Virus record (IMG/VR): IMGVR_UViG_3300034198_008248 | Coordinates: 62,001 to 124,257 of that record | Origin: an uncultured virus (IMG/VR IMGVR_UViG_3300034198_008248) | Lineage: Duplodnaviria; Heunggongvirae; Uroviricota; Caudoviricetes | Length of the DNA: 62,257 nt | Direction: 5' to 3' (one strand) | Position numbers and translations under genes: made by a program | The notes under the pieces: generated by a model | What the model was told of the DNA's origin: nothing | Seen by the model: the letters and a program-made list of their open reading frames with translations, nothing else | The model's database searches: none | In this document: positions 30,131 to 39,739 of the stretch, piece after piece | Layout of the letters: each line of letters begins with the position of its first letter | Numbering within the stretch: the stretch's first letter is position 1

Positions 30131-30852
30131 ATAATTTTTTTTATTTTTTTAGATATATTTTCAAATTCTTCATACTGTTGTTTCTCAGAAAAGGTGTAAT
30201 GTATCCCAGAACCAGTGTCAATATTGAATTTACTCAATCTTTTTAGATATTCCTGATGCTTGTTGTATCTATAATCAAATGATATATTTTTATAGTGTAG
30301 TAATTTTAAATCATCATATATCGTTATATCAACCCCCCCACCATAATTTAAAATAGGATTCGCTTGATGACAACCCAATGAGTAGTTAATTTGTTTTATT
30401 TCATTAGGATTAAAAATACATATTTTATCGTAGTTGATTGAGCGAATCCCCATATTGATTTCATTTAATATATCTTTCTGTGGAAATTTTTCTGACCACA
30501 TATCATATCCCAATGGCCTATAGAGATATTCATCGGTATTTTTTAAAAAATCTATAATATTAGGATGATATAAAAATTCGTCGGCATCAACTATTATAGT
30601 ATAATCGGCTGATGAGTTTTTCCAACAATTATTTTTAATATCTAAATATACAGAATCGTCTAGTTTGGAGTTAGTGTCATATGGTATGATATTAATTTTA
30701 CATCTATCGAAATTATTCAATATTTCTAATGTTTTATCTGTTGACATGTTATCGTAAACATTGATAATATCACAAAAATTTGAATAATGATCGAGAAAAA
30801 AAGGTAGAATTTTTTCCTCATTGTAAGTTATAGTGTATAATTCAATATTCAT
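30127..30852 (-). CDS. GT-A glycosyltransferase-like protein
   Basis: YNEEKILPFFLDHY, DNMSTD, VDADEFL, LLHYK. Confidence 0.8.
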   Translation of the reverse strand: MNIELYTITYNEEKILPFFLDHYSNFCDIINVYDNMSTDKTLEILNNFDRCKINIIPYDTNSKLDDSVYLDIKNNCWKNSSADYTIIVDADEFLYHPNIIDFLKNTDEYLYRPLGYDMWSEKFPQKDILNEINMGIRSINYDKICIFNPNEIKQINYSLGCHQANPILNYGGGVDITIYDDLKLLHYKNISFDYRYNKHQEYLKRLSKFNIDTGSGIHYTFSEKQQYEEFENISKKIKKII

Positions 30853-30856
30853 AATA

Positions 30857-31492
30857 TTAATTGTGTATGTATAAAGTTTGAGGTATTTTAACTATTTTAC
30901 TATTTCTCTCGGGTATTTTCCTCTTCAACTCTTCGACCAACGACCAATCTGCTGCGAAGTTTCGCCATTTAAACCCGACATTTTTTAATAAAGATGTCTT
31001 TGTCGCAAAATTGCCAATGTCGATAAAATTAACTTCTAATTTAGATTCAATATAACCATTGTATGGTATGTTATCTCGTAAATGATTTAGAACAAAATCA
31101 CAAAATACCATATCAACATTTTCAAAAATTTTTGTTGCTTTGTCAAATTCTTCAATAAACGTTGGGACGTAATAATTATCGAATCCGGTCATTATAGTGT
31201 ATTCGCAATCGCTTTGATATATTCCATATTCCCTCGGAGTATGTCCCCAATCATTATATCGTTTTTTTAAAGTGTGAAAGGAGATGTTATCGTGTTCGTA
31301 TCTATCGACAAATTTATATAAATTTGAATCAAACCCATCGGATACTATCGTGATATTCCAATTATTAGAAGTCTGAGATAAAAAGCAGTTTATAATGACA
31401 TCCAACATAGTATTACAATTGTAAGTTGGTATAACAATGTTAAACTTATTAACAATCTTATGATTTCTTATACAAGATCCTAAATTATCCAT
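30857..31492 (-). CDS. GT-A glycosyltransferase (GT2)
   Basis: IVIPTYN, VSDG, WGH..R, FDNYY, ADW. Confidence 0.8.
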   Translation of the reverse strand: MDNLGSCIRNHKIVNKFNIVIPTYNCNTMLDVIINCFLSQTSNNWNITIVSDGFDSNLYKFVDRYEHDNISFHTLKKRYNDWGHTPREYGIYQSDCEYTIMTGFDNYYVPTFIEEFDKATKIFENVDMVFCDFVLNHLRDNIPYNGYIESKLEVNFIDIGNFATKTSLLKNVGFKWRNFAADWSLVEELKRKIPERNSKIVKIPQTLYIHN

Positions 31493-31494
31493 AA

Positions 31495-32262
31495 TTAAAA
31501 TTTGAAGTAAATGGTTGTGAATGGGTTCGAAAGTATGTGTGGTATTATTTCAGAATGATCATCAATTTTATTGATCCATCTATCAAATCTCACATCTTTC
31601 ATATCATTAAATATATTCGAAAATCTTTGAATATTTTTATCGACCCACCATTCGTAGTGGAAAGATATTAACAATTCAAGATTATATTTTTTTCCATACT
31701 CAAATAGAGAATTTAAGATATTTTCTTCTCCACCTTCAATATCAACTTTGACAAACGATACATCCGAAAATGGGAACATATCATCTATTTTTTGCATTGG
31801 AATACCCTTCACCTCTCTGTCGGTGACAAATAACGATTCGTTTTTTATTTGACTAGTCGAAGAACCAAGTCCTTCTTTTTGGAAATTTTCATTAAATTGA
31901 TTGACTCCAAAAATAATATCTGATTCTGATGAATACACTGGACGATTTAAAGGAATAACATTTTCACAATTCGATGATTTTAAATTTTTTAGTAAAGTAT
32001 CATATGCCACTGGATCAGCATCTATAGATAACACATTTTTAAATTTTTTAGATAACCAAATAGAGGTCGCTCCGATCCAAGCACCCATGTCAATTGCATT
32101 TTTTTTTGAATCCTGTACATTTTCAAAAAATTCAAATGTTTCAGGTTCCCATGATTCTGATACAAATCTTTCAATGAACCAATTAAAACATGCAATGTTT
32201 TTGTTTGACTCTTTCTCAAAGTTATATTCAACTCCTCTAATATTACAAATTACTTTATCCAT
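31495..32262 (-). CDS. FkbM-family SAM methyltransferase
   Basis: IDMGAWIG, FVKVDIEGGE. Confidence 0.88.
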   Translation of the reverse strand: MDKVICNIRGVEYNFEKESNKNIACFNWFIERFVSESWEPETFEFFENVQDSKKNAIDMGAWIGATSIWLSKKFKNVLSIDADPVAYDTLLKNLKSSNCENVIPLNRPVYSSESDIIFGVNQFNENFQKEGLGSSTSQIKNESLFVTDREVKGIPMQKIDDMFPFSDVSFVKVDIEGGEENILNSLFEYGKKYNLELLISFHYEWWVDKNIQRFSNIFNDMKDVRFDRWINKIDDHSEIIPHILSNPFTTIYFKF

Positions 32263-32933
32263 TTATTCAAAAATTTTTGTTGTTGATTATGTGTTAATTC
32301 TTGATATCTATCATTCAGTAAATCATGTGATCCACTTACCATATGATAAACCTTGCTATTATTCATCAAAGCGTGCTTAATATTAAAAGATTCTAGTGTC
32401 ATTGCGTAATCATTATCTTGATACCAAAAATCAAATTGTTCGTCAAACAACCCACATTCACCAATAATATCTCTATGTAATAAAATACACCACCCACAAA
32501 TTTCCTTCGAGACTGTATATCCTTCTACAATATCACCACTAGGATTTTGATGCAAATGCCAATTGGGACATCTAGGAGAAAATGATCTAATGTTGGGATA
32601 TTTTTCAATGATTTTCTTCGCTTCAGATAACCAATCTTTGGTAAAGAATAAGTCATTATTACAAATAAGAATCCATTCAGAATCAGGATCAGTTTGATCG
32701 ATCCCTATATTTAGGAATCTATTATACCCAAAAGAATCTTTTGGGTGGATGATTTTACATCCGGGATATAAAAACCCATTTGTCTGAAAATCTAATATTG
32801 ATTGAGATTCTACTACAATTATGTCTACATCATTACAATGATCTGATACCCTGAGACTATTTATTGTCCGACTCGTCAAGCCGTAATGAGACAAATCGAA
32901 AGTATTACTTAATATTATAGCATCAATCATCAT
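32250..32933 (-). CDS. GT-A glycosyltransferase (GT2)
   Basis: FGYNRFLNIG, CNNDL, GLFDEQF.FWYQDND, VYH. Confidence 0.85.
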   Translation of the reverse strand: MMIDAIILSNTFDLSHYGLTSRTINSLRVSDHCNDVDIIVVESQSILDFQTNGFLYPGCKIIHPKDSFGYNRFLNIGIDQTDPDSEWILICNNDLFFTKDWLSEAKKIIEKYPNIRSFSPRCPNWHLHQNPSGDIVEGYTVSKEICGWCILLHRDIIGECGLFDEQFDFWYQDNDYAMTLESFNIKHALMNNSKVYHMVSGSHDLLNDRYQELTHNQQQKFLNKWIK

Positions 32934-33757
32934 GGTTTAATTGTCTTTAAAAATTTTAAAACGTTATCTTCAGTTTGATCAGGAACCCCATCATATCCAA
33001 AAGGTGTGACCCCAAATTTTGATTTAAAATAATCATACGATTTATACATATTAGTTCTCCACTCTTCCATCTTTTCTTTCGTCTTAATCGTGGATGATTC
33101 TTCAGAACATGCTTGTTCTTCAATATAATCACACGAATTGGCCAGATCAGCCCACCACCAATAAGGTGTTGAATAACCTTTCAAAGCTAATTCATAACTA
33201 TGCGAAACATGATCAAAAGCATTTTTAAAATTCTCATCAATCAACCCTACATCTTCTAAAGATTTTCGCGTGTAATAACAAAACGCTCCGACACAATGTT
33301 GATTCAGAGCAATGGAAACGTTATCGGAGTATTTCACAACTAATCTTGGATGTGGTTCTCCTTTCGAGATTCCATTTTTATTGGCTGGACCATGGTACCC
33401 AAACATCATATGTTGAATTCCTGTAGCTTTGGATGCTTTGATGTATGCTTCAAAAATTTGATCATTTTTAATCAGCATATCATCTTCAATTAAGAAGATG
33501 TGATCACAATCTTTATTCAATAAATGTTTCAATGCTAAATTTTTGGATTTTGCGACCCCTAAATTTTCCATATTATTTCTAACGTAGAAATTGTATCCCT
33601 CTACTTCCAAATCATCTCCATCATTTATAATGATAAACTCACAATCATTTCTATACTTGATAGAATCTAATAATTTATTAAGCATAGATTTCCTGTTACA
33701 TGTCAGGATTCCTATTCCGATCTTTTCAACCTTTGACATATCACATCCACTCAACAT
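32930..33757 (-). CDS. GT-A glycosyltransferase (GT2)
   Basis: GILTCNR, INDG, GVAKSKN, FLIEDD, VGLIDE.F. Confidence 0.85.
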   Translation of the reverse strand: MLSGCDMSKVEKIGIGILTCNRKSMLNKLLDSIKYRNDCEFIIINDGDDLEVEGYNFYVRNNMENLGVAKSKNLALKHLLNKDCDHIFLIEDDMLIKNDQIFEAYIKASKATGIQHMMFGYHGPANKNGISKGEPHPRLVVKYSDNVSIALNQHCVGAFCYYTRKSLEDVGLIDENFKNAFDHVSHSYELALKGYSTPYWWWADLANSCDYIEEQACSEESSTIKTKEKMEEWRTNMYKSYDYFKSKFGVTPFGYDGVPDQTEDNVLKFLKTIKP

Positions 33758-33758
33758 A

Positions 33759-34490
33759 TTATCTTTGTGTTTTGATTTGATTCATTAAGGATTTGATCTG
33801 AGCATCTTTACCCATCTCAGCTTGTTGTTCACCCAACATCTGTTCAAGAAGATCAACATTACTTGGATCTAAGATACTATTAGTAGTCTCGATTAGATCT
33901 CCTTTATAGTCAATAAATTCTCCAATAAACCAAATTCTATCATCTACACTCTTACCATCTACTTGAATAATGGCTGGGCAATCTTCTTTCGGGAAGAAAA
34001 TATCAGATTCCAAATTCTCACAATATTGATGATATAAATCACCGAAAATTTGATCAGTATCTTTAATAAATTGTAGATCGGTATCACGCATTCCATCATC
34101 TACGATTTTGATTTCTGGATCATAACGTAGCATGAAAATGATATCTAAATTTTTCAAGGATTCTCTAACTAGAGAGATTGAAGCCGCGCACACCTCATCA
34201 GATATCAAATTTTTACTATTTGCGTATAGTGTATATACTAGATTATCAAGAGGGCAACGATCGTAAATGACTTTAGATTTCTCTCCATATTTTTCTTGCT
34301 CCTTCATCATCCAATCCAAAATCAATAATTGAGTTTCTTCAGATGTATTAGAAGAATGTGATAAATTAGATTCAGTGATCACATCTCTATATGTTTTTGT
34401 TGGACTCACGAACATGGGCCATTTATCACGAAATAATTTGACTAATGTTGACTTCCCGGTGTTTGCTGCACCAACCATGGCAATTCTCAT
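33759..34490 (-). CDS. P-loop nucleotide kinase (AAA_28/dNMP-kinase-like)
   Basis: GAANTGKST, YDRCPLD, DDGMR; sigma70 promoter at 34497-34524, 6 nt upstream. Confidence 0.75.
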   Translation of the reverse strand: MRIAMVGAANTGKSTLVKLFRDKWPMFVSPTKTYRDVITESNLSHSSNTSEETQLLILDWMMKEQEKYGEKSKVIYDRCPLDNLVYTLYANSKNLISDEVCAASISLVRESLKNLDIIFMLRYDPEIKIVDDGMRDTDLQFIKDTDQIFGDLYHQYCENLESDIFFPKEDCPAIIQVDGKSVDDRIWFIGEFIDYKGDLIETTNSILDPSNVDLLEQMLGEQQAEMGKDAQIKSLMNQIKTQR

Positions 34491-34562
34491 ATCCATAATT
34501 TACCATATTTAACTAAAAAGTCAATCACTTGATTTTATAAAATATGTATTAAATAATGGAGG

Positions 34563-35303
34563 ATGACACCTAAAAAAGCACCTCGCAAGAGGAAAGAGTC
34601 GGTTGATGTTACAGAAGAATTCACTAAACAATACAAAAAGAATTTCGACTGTTCTAATATAGTAATCAAAAAACCATTCCCATTCACAGATAATCACACT
34701 GCTTTTTATTACCTGACACAAAATGATAAAACTAATATGGTTTTCTTGGATGGACCCGCTGGTTCAATGAAGAGCTACATCTCTGTTTATTCTGCAATGG
34801 AAATGCTTAGGGATAGAAAAGTAGATAAAATCATTTATATAAGAACTGTTGTTGAGAGTGCATCAAAATCTTTGGGATATCTTAAAGGTGACGAGAACGA
34901 AAAATTCGCAGCTTACACGCTACCTTTAATTGAAAAAATCTCAGAAATCACTGACAAACCAACTGTCAGTGCATTACTTGAACAAGAGTATGTCAAAGCT
35001 ATGCCTGTAAACTTCGTCAGGGGTCTTACATTCAATAATGCTGTGGTCATCATCGATGAAGCTCAGAACGCTACTAGAAGCGAATTAACAACCATTATGA
35101 CTCGTTTTGGTAGAGGATCGAAATATATCATTTGTGGAGACGCCAAACAAAGTGATATTAAAGACTCAGGGTTTACTAAAGTCTTCGAATTATTCGATAC
35201 TGAATTTTCAAGAAAGAATCATATTCATTGTATGAAGTTTGACATACACGATATTTCGAGATCTGCTATACTCAAACATATAACTCAAGTTCTCTCGGTG
35301 TAG
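34563..35303 (+). CDS. phoH: PhoH-like ATPase
   Basis: GPAGSMKS, LGYLKG, RGLTF, IDEAQN, TRFG, GDAKQSD. Confidence 0.92.
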   Translation: MTPKKAPRKRKESVDVTEEFTKQYKKNFDCSNIVIKKPFPFTDNHTAFYYLTQNDKTNMVFLDGPAGSMKSYISVYSAMEMLRDRKVDKIIYIRTVVESASKSLGYLKGDENEKFAAYTLPLIEKISEITDKPTVSALLEQEYVKAMPVNFVRGLTFNNAVVIIDEAQNATRSELTTIMTRFGRGSKYIICGDAKQSDIKDSGFTKVFELFDTEFSRKNHIHCMKFDIHDISRSAILKHITQVLSV

Positions 35304-35311
35304 CATCAAAT

Positions 35312-35347
35312 AAAAAAACCCTCTCAGTAATTTGAGAGGGTTTTTTA
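35312..35347. terminator. Bidirectional intrinsic terminator
   Basis: A7-ccctctca-gtaatt-tgagaggg-T7 between convergent genes. Confidence 0.9.
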
Positions 35348-35402
35348 TGCAAGAAGTTTTTTTATAAACTGTGCTGTTGTGAGCTTATCGTTTTTACACA
35401 GA

Positions 35403-35636
35403 TTATAACCAACGTTTACATGTTAAACTCATTCCATTAACATCGGTTGTAGATTCTTCTAGATTAATCAATCCATGACTCTTTACGTGATTTTCATATA
35501 GTTCAGCCAACGCTTTCCCGTCTCTGGTGTTCAAAATTCCTTCAAGAAATCCCAAAGATACGTTACATTCGCTGCTATTTAAAACTGGTCTACCTCCAAC
35601 CATGTTTACCTGATCAGGTTCTTTATAGTGATTCAT
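35403..35636 (-). CDS. Hypothetical protein
   Basis: 77 aa, overlaps the stop of the ATPase gene. Confidence 0.5.
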   Translation of the reverse strand: MNHYKEPDQVNMVGGRPVLNSSECNVSLGFLEGILNTRDGKALAELYENHVKSHGLINLEESTTDVNGMSLTCKRWL

Positions 35637-36429
35637 TTTCTTTATTTATATGGTTTTGAACACATTCTTTGAAAATTTGTATACATTCTTCAGAGAAACC
35701 TTTCTGTAAATCAAAAATTTTCATATTATCTTGAAATAAAACAAATGGTGAGTGTGTTGCAATTATAATCTGATACTCCTTTGTTAGGTCAGCTAAAAGC
35801 TTATATAATTCTACTTGTTTTGGAAGAGACAAAGCTCTCTCAGGCTCATCCAAAATCAACGTAGGTTTTCCATCTCTGGGTAGAGATCTTATGTAATCGG
35901 ACTCCGCTCTTTGTGTAGGATGCGCGGAAACATATTGGGTCAAATCTGGTGGATTCTTAGCCATATTTAGAAGTTTATTCAACTTAATCATCCGATATTG
36001 TCCAGAAGAAGGCTTATCCATCAGATATTGAAATTGTTCTTGCTCAGTGGTCATTCCATCTTCTGAAAGAGAGATGTTATTAGAGAACCAAGCCCATTCA
36101 TCGATTTTAATATCTCCATCATTATAAAATGATGCAATTCCATCCCATTCTACGACACAATCAGTTGAGGCTGGACAATAGGCTCTATAAACCCAAGGAA
36201 AATGTTCTTTACATTGTGCTCCTAGAGCTAATTCTGAGCTAATTTTAGACCATCCACCCTTTTCAATTCCACAATAAGACTTGATCATCTTCAGAATACA
36301 TGACTTACCAAATCCATTCGGAGCTAGTAAAACATTCACTTTATCTGCTTCAAAATCAAACTTAATGCCCGGATAAAATCCCGGCATTTGTGTTAGAAAT
36401 CCATTTAAAATTTTAATTGATTTAACCAT
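35623..36429 (-). CDS. ABC-type/AAA_21-like ATPase
   Basis: APNGFGKS, SSGQ signature, ILDEPE, IATHSP; start moved to 36429. Confidence 0.85.
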   Translation of the reverse strand: MVKSIKILNGFLTQMPGFYPGIKFDFEADKVNVLLAPNGFGKSCILKMIKSYCGIEKGGWSKISSELALGAQCKEHFPWVYRAYCPASTDCVVEWDGIASFYNDGDIKIDEWAWFSNNISLSEDGMTTEQEQFQYLMDKPSSGQYRMIKLNKLLNMAKNPPDLTQYVSAHPTQRAESDYIRSLPRDGKPTLILDEPERALSLPKQVELYKLLADLTKEYQIIIATHSPFVLFQDNMKIFDLQKGFSEECIQIFKECVQNHINKENESL

Positions 36430-36430
36430 A

Positions 36431-36694
36431 TTATCGATTGTTAGTTGACCACGGTGTTCCCTCAAACCATCCAGTTCCACTATAAACTTTATTATTGATA
36501 GGTGCTCCTCTTGGTCCTTGTGGGATTGGTTTAATAGGCTGTGGAGTTGATTGTTCCTCGACCTTTTGAATAGCTTCTTCTGGTGTTGGTGCAATGGCTA
36601 CGGTTTCTCCTGTAGTAGCCATAAACTGTTCTCCAAATTTCTTAACTTGGATCTTGAAATTATCATCTTCTATTGCTTGAATTTCTATATTCAC
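36431..36694 (-). CDS. Hypothetical protein
   Basis: 87 aa; TTGACA-16-TTTAAT-6-GTG promoter at 36701-36728. Confidence 0.6.
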   Translation of the reverse strand: MNIEIQAIEDDNFKIQVKKFGEQFMATTGETVAIAPTPEEAIQKVEEQSTPQPIKPIPQGPRGAPINNKVYSGTGWFEGTPWSTNNR

Positions 36695-36724
36695 AACAAT
36701 ATTAAAGCATATGATATCAATATG

Positions 36725-37279
36725 TCAAGGAGTTGATTGTGGATTATTTGCCGAAGTAGACAAAACCCTTTTTCTTTTCTTCTTTTTGGGTTTCCTGCCA
36801 CCTGTTACTGCGTCTTTTGCGCTCAAATCTCGAACAATATTTCCATCTTTATCAACTAAGAATATTTTTTGAGGATTTGATTCTCCAACTGAAATAAATT
36901 CTGGTCGAATTTTGACCAAAACTTTATATAATTGTTTCTCATCTCCCGGTTGCATTTTTACTTTATACACGTTATTATCCACTAAAGAATATCCTTGATT
37001 CTTTAATTTGTTTTCAATATATGTAGCTTCAGGAGTAGTTGCTTTAATCAATCGTTTATTTAAATCTTTGATAGAATCCACTACACCTTTAATCGGATTA
37101 TATAATTCAGGAGCCATTTTTTCAGAGGCAAATTTTCCAATTGCTAATGCCCCTTTTGCAGTTCTACCTGCTAAACTAGCGGTATTTTTAACACCTTGGA
37201 CAGATTTTTGTGCTAGGTTGCTCCAAAATCCTTCAGCTAAAAGTTCTCTCTGTGTGTATTTTCTAATATCCTTTTTCAT
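36725..37279 (-). CDS. Basic hypothetical protein, probable internal head protein
   Basis: N-terminus ...QRELLAEGFW; GGAGG 7 nt upstream. Confidence 0.7.
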   Translation of the reverse strand: MKKDIRKYTQRELLAEGFWSNLAQKSVQGVKNTASLAGRTAKGALAIGKFASEKMAPELYNPIKGVVDSIKDLNKRLIKATTPEATYIENKLKNQGYSLVDNNVYKVKMQPGDEKQLYKVLVKIRPEFISVGESNPQKIFLVDKDGNIVRDLSAKDAVTGGRKPKKKKRKRVLSTSANNPQSTP

Positions 37280-37329
37280 AAATCAACCTCCATATTTTTT
37301 CCAGCTACATCAACCAGTGATACGTCTAA
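37276..37329 (-). pseudogene. Orphan 3' end of the protease gene 38027..38467
   Basis: LDVSLVDVAGKNMEVDL* versus IDVSLVDVAGKNLQVDI*. Confidence 0.9.
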
Positions 37330-38030
37330 GAGTGTAATATTAGATAATCTTTTTTGTGTTTAGCCGCTCTCAGTTTTTCTTTAGTTTCATCGGAATGTTT
37401 AAATCCTAGAGCGTATCTATTTCCCCTCCTAAACATACTCATCTTAGCCTTAGCTTCTTCAGAATGTTTTGACCCTAATCTAATTTGTCTAAGTTTTTCT
37501 TTAGATTCGATGGACATTTTTTTACCTAGATTGAGTTGTCTCATTTTTTCTTTATGTTCCTCAGTGTGAGGTTTTCCACGTTTACCCAATTTCGACTGTC
37601 TAATTTTTTCCTTGGTTTCTTCTGAATGTTTTCTACCCATTTGTCCTAAACTTATATTTCTTTTAGTTTCCTCGGAACTTTTAACCCCTGTTCTATCATT
37701 AGAAGATTTACATATATTATAACCATTTTTAGGATTTGTAGAATCAAATAATTCTATGTAATACTTCTCCTTTTCTAAAAGGATATCATTATCTTTCAAT
37801 TTATTGAAATCTTGAATGATTTCTAATATTTCAATATTAAACGAATCCCACCCATGTTTTATTATAGCATTTTCAAAATAATAACGACCATTAGATTTTT
37901 TTTCACAACTTTTATGACAACTCAATCTGTAATATAAATTGACAGATTTACCTATATAAATTTTTCCGTTATTGATACACGTCAATTTATATACACCAGC
38001 TTCTTTGGGATATTTAATATTATTTTTCAT
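37326..38030 (-). CDS. GIY-YIG homing endonuclease with NUMOD3 repeats
   Basis: GVYKLTCINNGKIYIGKS..R...H, E..YI, GYN; repeated HSEETKEKIR. Confidence 0.92.
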   Translation of the reverse strand: MKNNIKYPKEAGVYKLTCINNGKIYIGKSVNLYYRLSCHKSCEKKSNGRYYFENAIIKHGWDSFNIEILEIIQDFNKLKDNDILLEKEKYYIELFDSTNPKNGYNICKSSNDRTGVKSSEETKRNISLGQMGRKHSEETKEKIRQSKLGKRGKPHTEEHKEKMRQLNLGKKMSIESKEKLRQIRLGSKHSEEAKAKMSMFRRGNRYALGFKHSDETKEKLRAAKHKKDYLILHS

Positions 38031-38467
38031 ATATCTACTTGTAAATTTTTTCCGGCTACATCCACTAGCGAAACATCGATTAGTGCATTTAGGTTTTGAC
38101 TTATGAAATTCTTCCCTACTAATATTTTATGAGCATTCTCAGACCTATTACCAATAGAAAATGGAACATCTTTAAAGACCTTGTTTCCAAATTTCACATC
38201 AAATAAAACCACAGGACGTTCTTCTTTATTACCTGCACCTAGATTAATCGTAATTGTGTCCTTTAATTCTTTCTCAACGCTTATACCACCTTCAGTAGTG
38301 AATCTGACTAGTTTTCCATCACTTTCAATATCCTCACCATGAAGAACATTGAATGCACCATTTCCAGAATCAAGCTTAGATTTTATGGGTCCAATGCCAT
38401 CCAAAGTAAGAATCTCTTCGAGTCCTACTATGAGTTTTTCCATAAAAAATTGCTTAAAACTGATCAT
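38027..38467 (-). CDS. Retropepsin-like (RimK-associated 'ATP-dependent Zn protease' family) protease
   Basis: KLDSGNG, ERPVV, FSIGNR, ILVG. Confidence 0.8.
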   Translation of the reverse strand: MISFKQFFMEKLIVGLEEILTLDGIGPIKSKLDSGNGAFNVLHGEDIESDGKLVRFTTEGGISVEKELKDTITINLGAGNKEERPVVLFDVKFGNKVFKDVPFSIGNRSENAHKILVGKNFISQNLNALIDVSLVDVAGKNLQVDI

Positions 38468-38910
38468 TAAATTTTCACATCTTCAAATCCATCATTAGCA
38501 AAATCCGCAACGTCATCCAATTCATTCCAGACATCTGAAATATAATCTTCAGCCTTGATGATTTTAGCAACCATCCAAGTATCTAGTTTATCACTTTCAC
38601 AATGATTTAGAAGAATATCAGCGCGTTTGATCAATTTACGTAGAGCTTTAACAATGATCTCATTATCTAGATCATCATCCTCGTCTTCAAAAATATCATC
38701 ATCCTCGAAAATATCATCATCCTCGAAAATATCATCATCTCCCATCTCTGGTTCAACCATTAAAGGTTTTTCCATTGTAATGATAGCTTCTGCATCTTCA
38801 TCTTCGAATGTATTGTAGTCATTATAATAATCAGCATATTTCTGATCATTCGGAGTTGTATAGCTTTCCCAGATTACATCATTTTCTTCTCTCTTAAATT
38901 TCTTACCCAT
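38467..38910 (-). CDS. Acidic hypothetical head-associated protein
   Basis: LDTWMVAKIIKAEDYI motif; late promoter. Confidence 0.7.
   Translation of the reverse strand: MGKKFKREENDVIWESYTTPNDQKYADYYNDYNTFEDEDAEAIITMEKPLMVEPEMGDDDIFEDDDIFEDDDIFEDEDDDLDNEIIVKALRKLIKRADILLNHCESDKLDTWMVAKIIKAEDYISDVWNELDDVADFANDGFEDVKI
38687..38740. repeat. In-frame 18-bp tandem repeat x3 (DDDIFE)
   Basis: tc(a/g)aaaatatcatcatc(c/t) three times. Confidence 0.85.
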
Positions 38911-38918
38911 TATATTAT

Positions 38919-39278
38919 TTAGTTGATTTTGTTAAGTTGTTTTCTGAGATCTCCACCAGATGTTGAAGATGATATAATTCCTAGAACACTTGGTAAAATT
39001 TCTTCTCTAGAATTCTTATATTTTTTCATTTGCATTTGACTCTGGAGATTGAGTAAAGTATTAGCTTGCTCTGGAGAAGGCTCGAATAAAGCAGCATCAA
39101 TCATATCAGCAATATACTTATCTTCCCCAGCAGATGACAGAGGCATTATCTCCTCTTGAGGTTGTGGTGCAGCTTGAGCATCTCCAGATGGCTGTTCTTG
39201 ACTCATATCAGGCATTTCACCCTCTTCTTTGATGATTTTTAGACAGGTATCAATCAACCTTAAAGTTTTTGATTTCAT
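38919..39278 (-). CDS. Hypothetical protein
   Basis: 119 aa in a late operon. Confidence 0.7.
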   Translation of the reverse strand: MKSKTLRLIDTCLKIIKEEGEMPDMSQEQPSGDAQAAPQPQEEIMPLSSAGEDKYIADMIDAALFEPSPEQANTLLNLQSQMQMKKYKNSREEILPSVLGIISSSTSGGDLRKQLNKIN

Positions 39279-39281
39279 AAA

Positions 39282-39731
39282 TTAATAGTTAACTTGGATT
39301 GGTCCAGCTCTTCTAGCTTGTTGTAATGATCGCTCTAGTTCTCTAGTAGAATCTTCGTAAGTTTTAACAGCTTGACCAGCTAATTGTTGACGTTTTTTCA
39401 TCGCTTGTTTAGCTCTCTGAGCAGATGTTCCAAGCATTCTACCAGCTACACCTTTCAATCCAGATGCAGCAGTATTACCCAACTTTTCAACTTCTTGATC
39501 AACCTTGTATGTTCCTACTCCAGCCTCGATACTTTCAGCTTCTTCTTCATTATCCATGCCTGATACTTGTAGGGGTATTTCCTTACTCCCAGTATCTACA
39601 AAAATCATACCAGACAACCTATCTAATCTTACGTTAACATCTTTAGATTTTAAAAAATCAATGAGATCCCATTTAGGATCTTCTGTATTTTCTGGATTAT
39701 ATTCTTCTAGGATTGAAAGAAAACGACTCAT
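39282..39731 (-). CDS. Hypothetical protein, probable internal head protein
   Basis: MSRFLSILEE; TAAATA-N5-ATG. Confidence 0.7.
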   Translation of the reverse strand: MSRFLSILEEYNPENTEDPKWDLIDFLKSKDVNVRLDRLSGMIFVDTGSKEIPLQVSGMDNEEEAESIEAGVGTYKVDQEVEKLGNTAASGLKGVAGRMLGTSAQRAKQAMKKRQQLAGQAVKTYEDSTRELERSLQQARRAGPIQVNY

Positions 39732-39739
39732 ACATATAT

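Noticed and set aside
38687..38740. 18-bp tandem repeat as a phase-variation switch
   Set aside because: In frame; it only lengthens an acidic linker.
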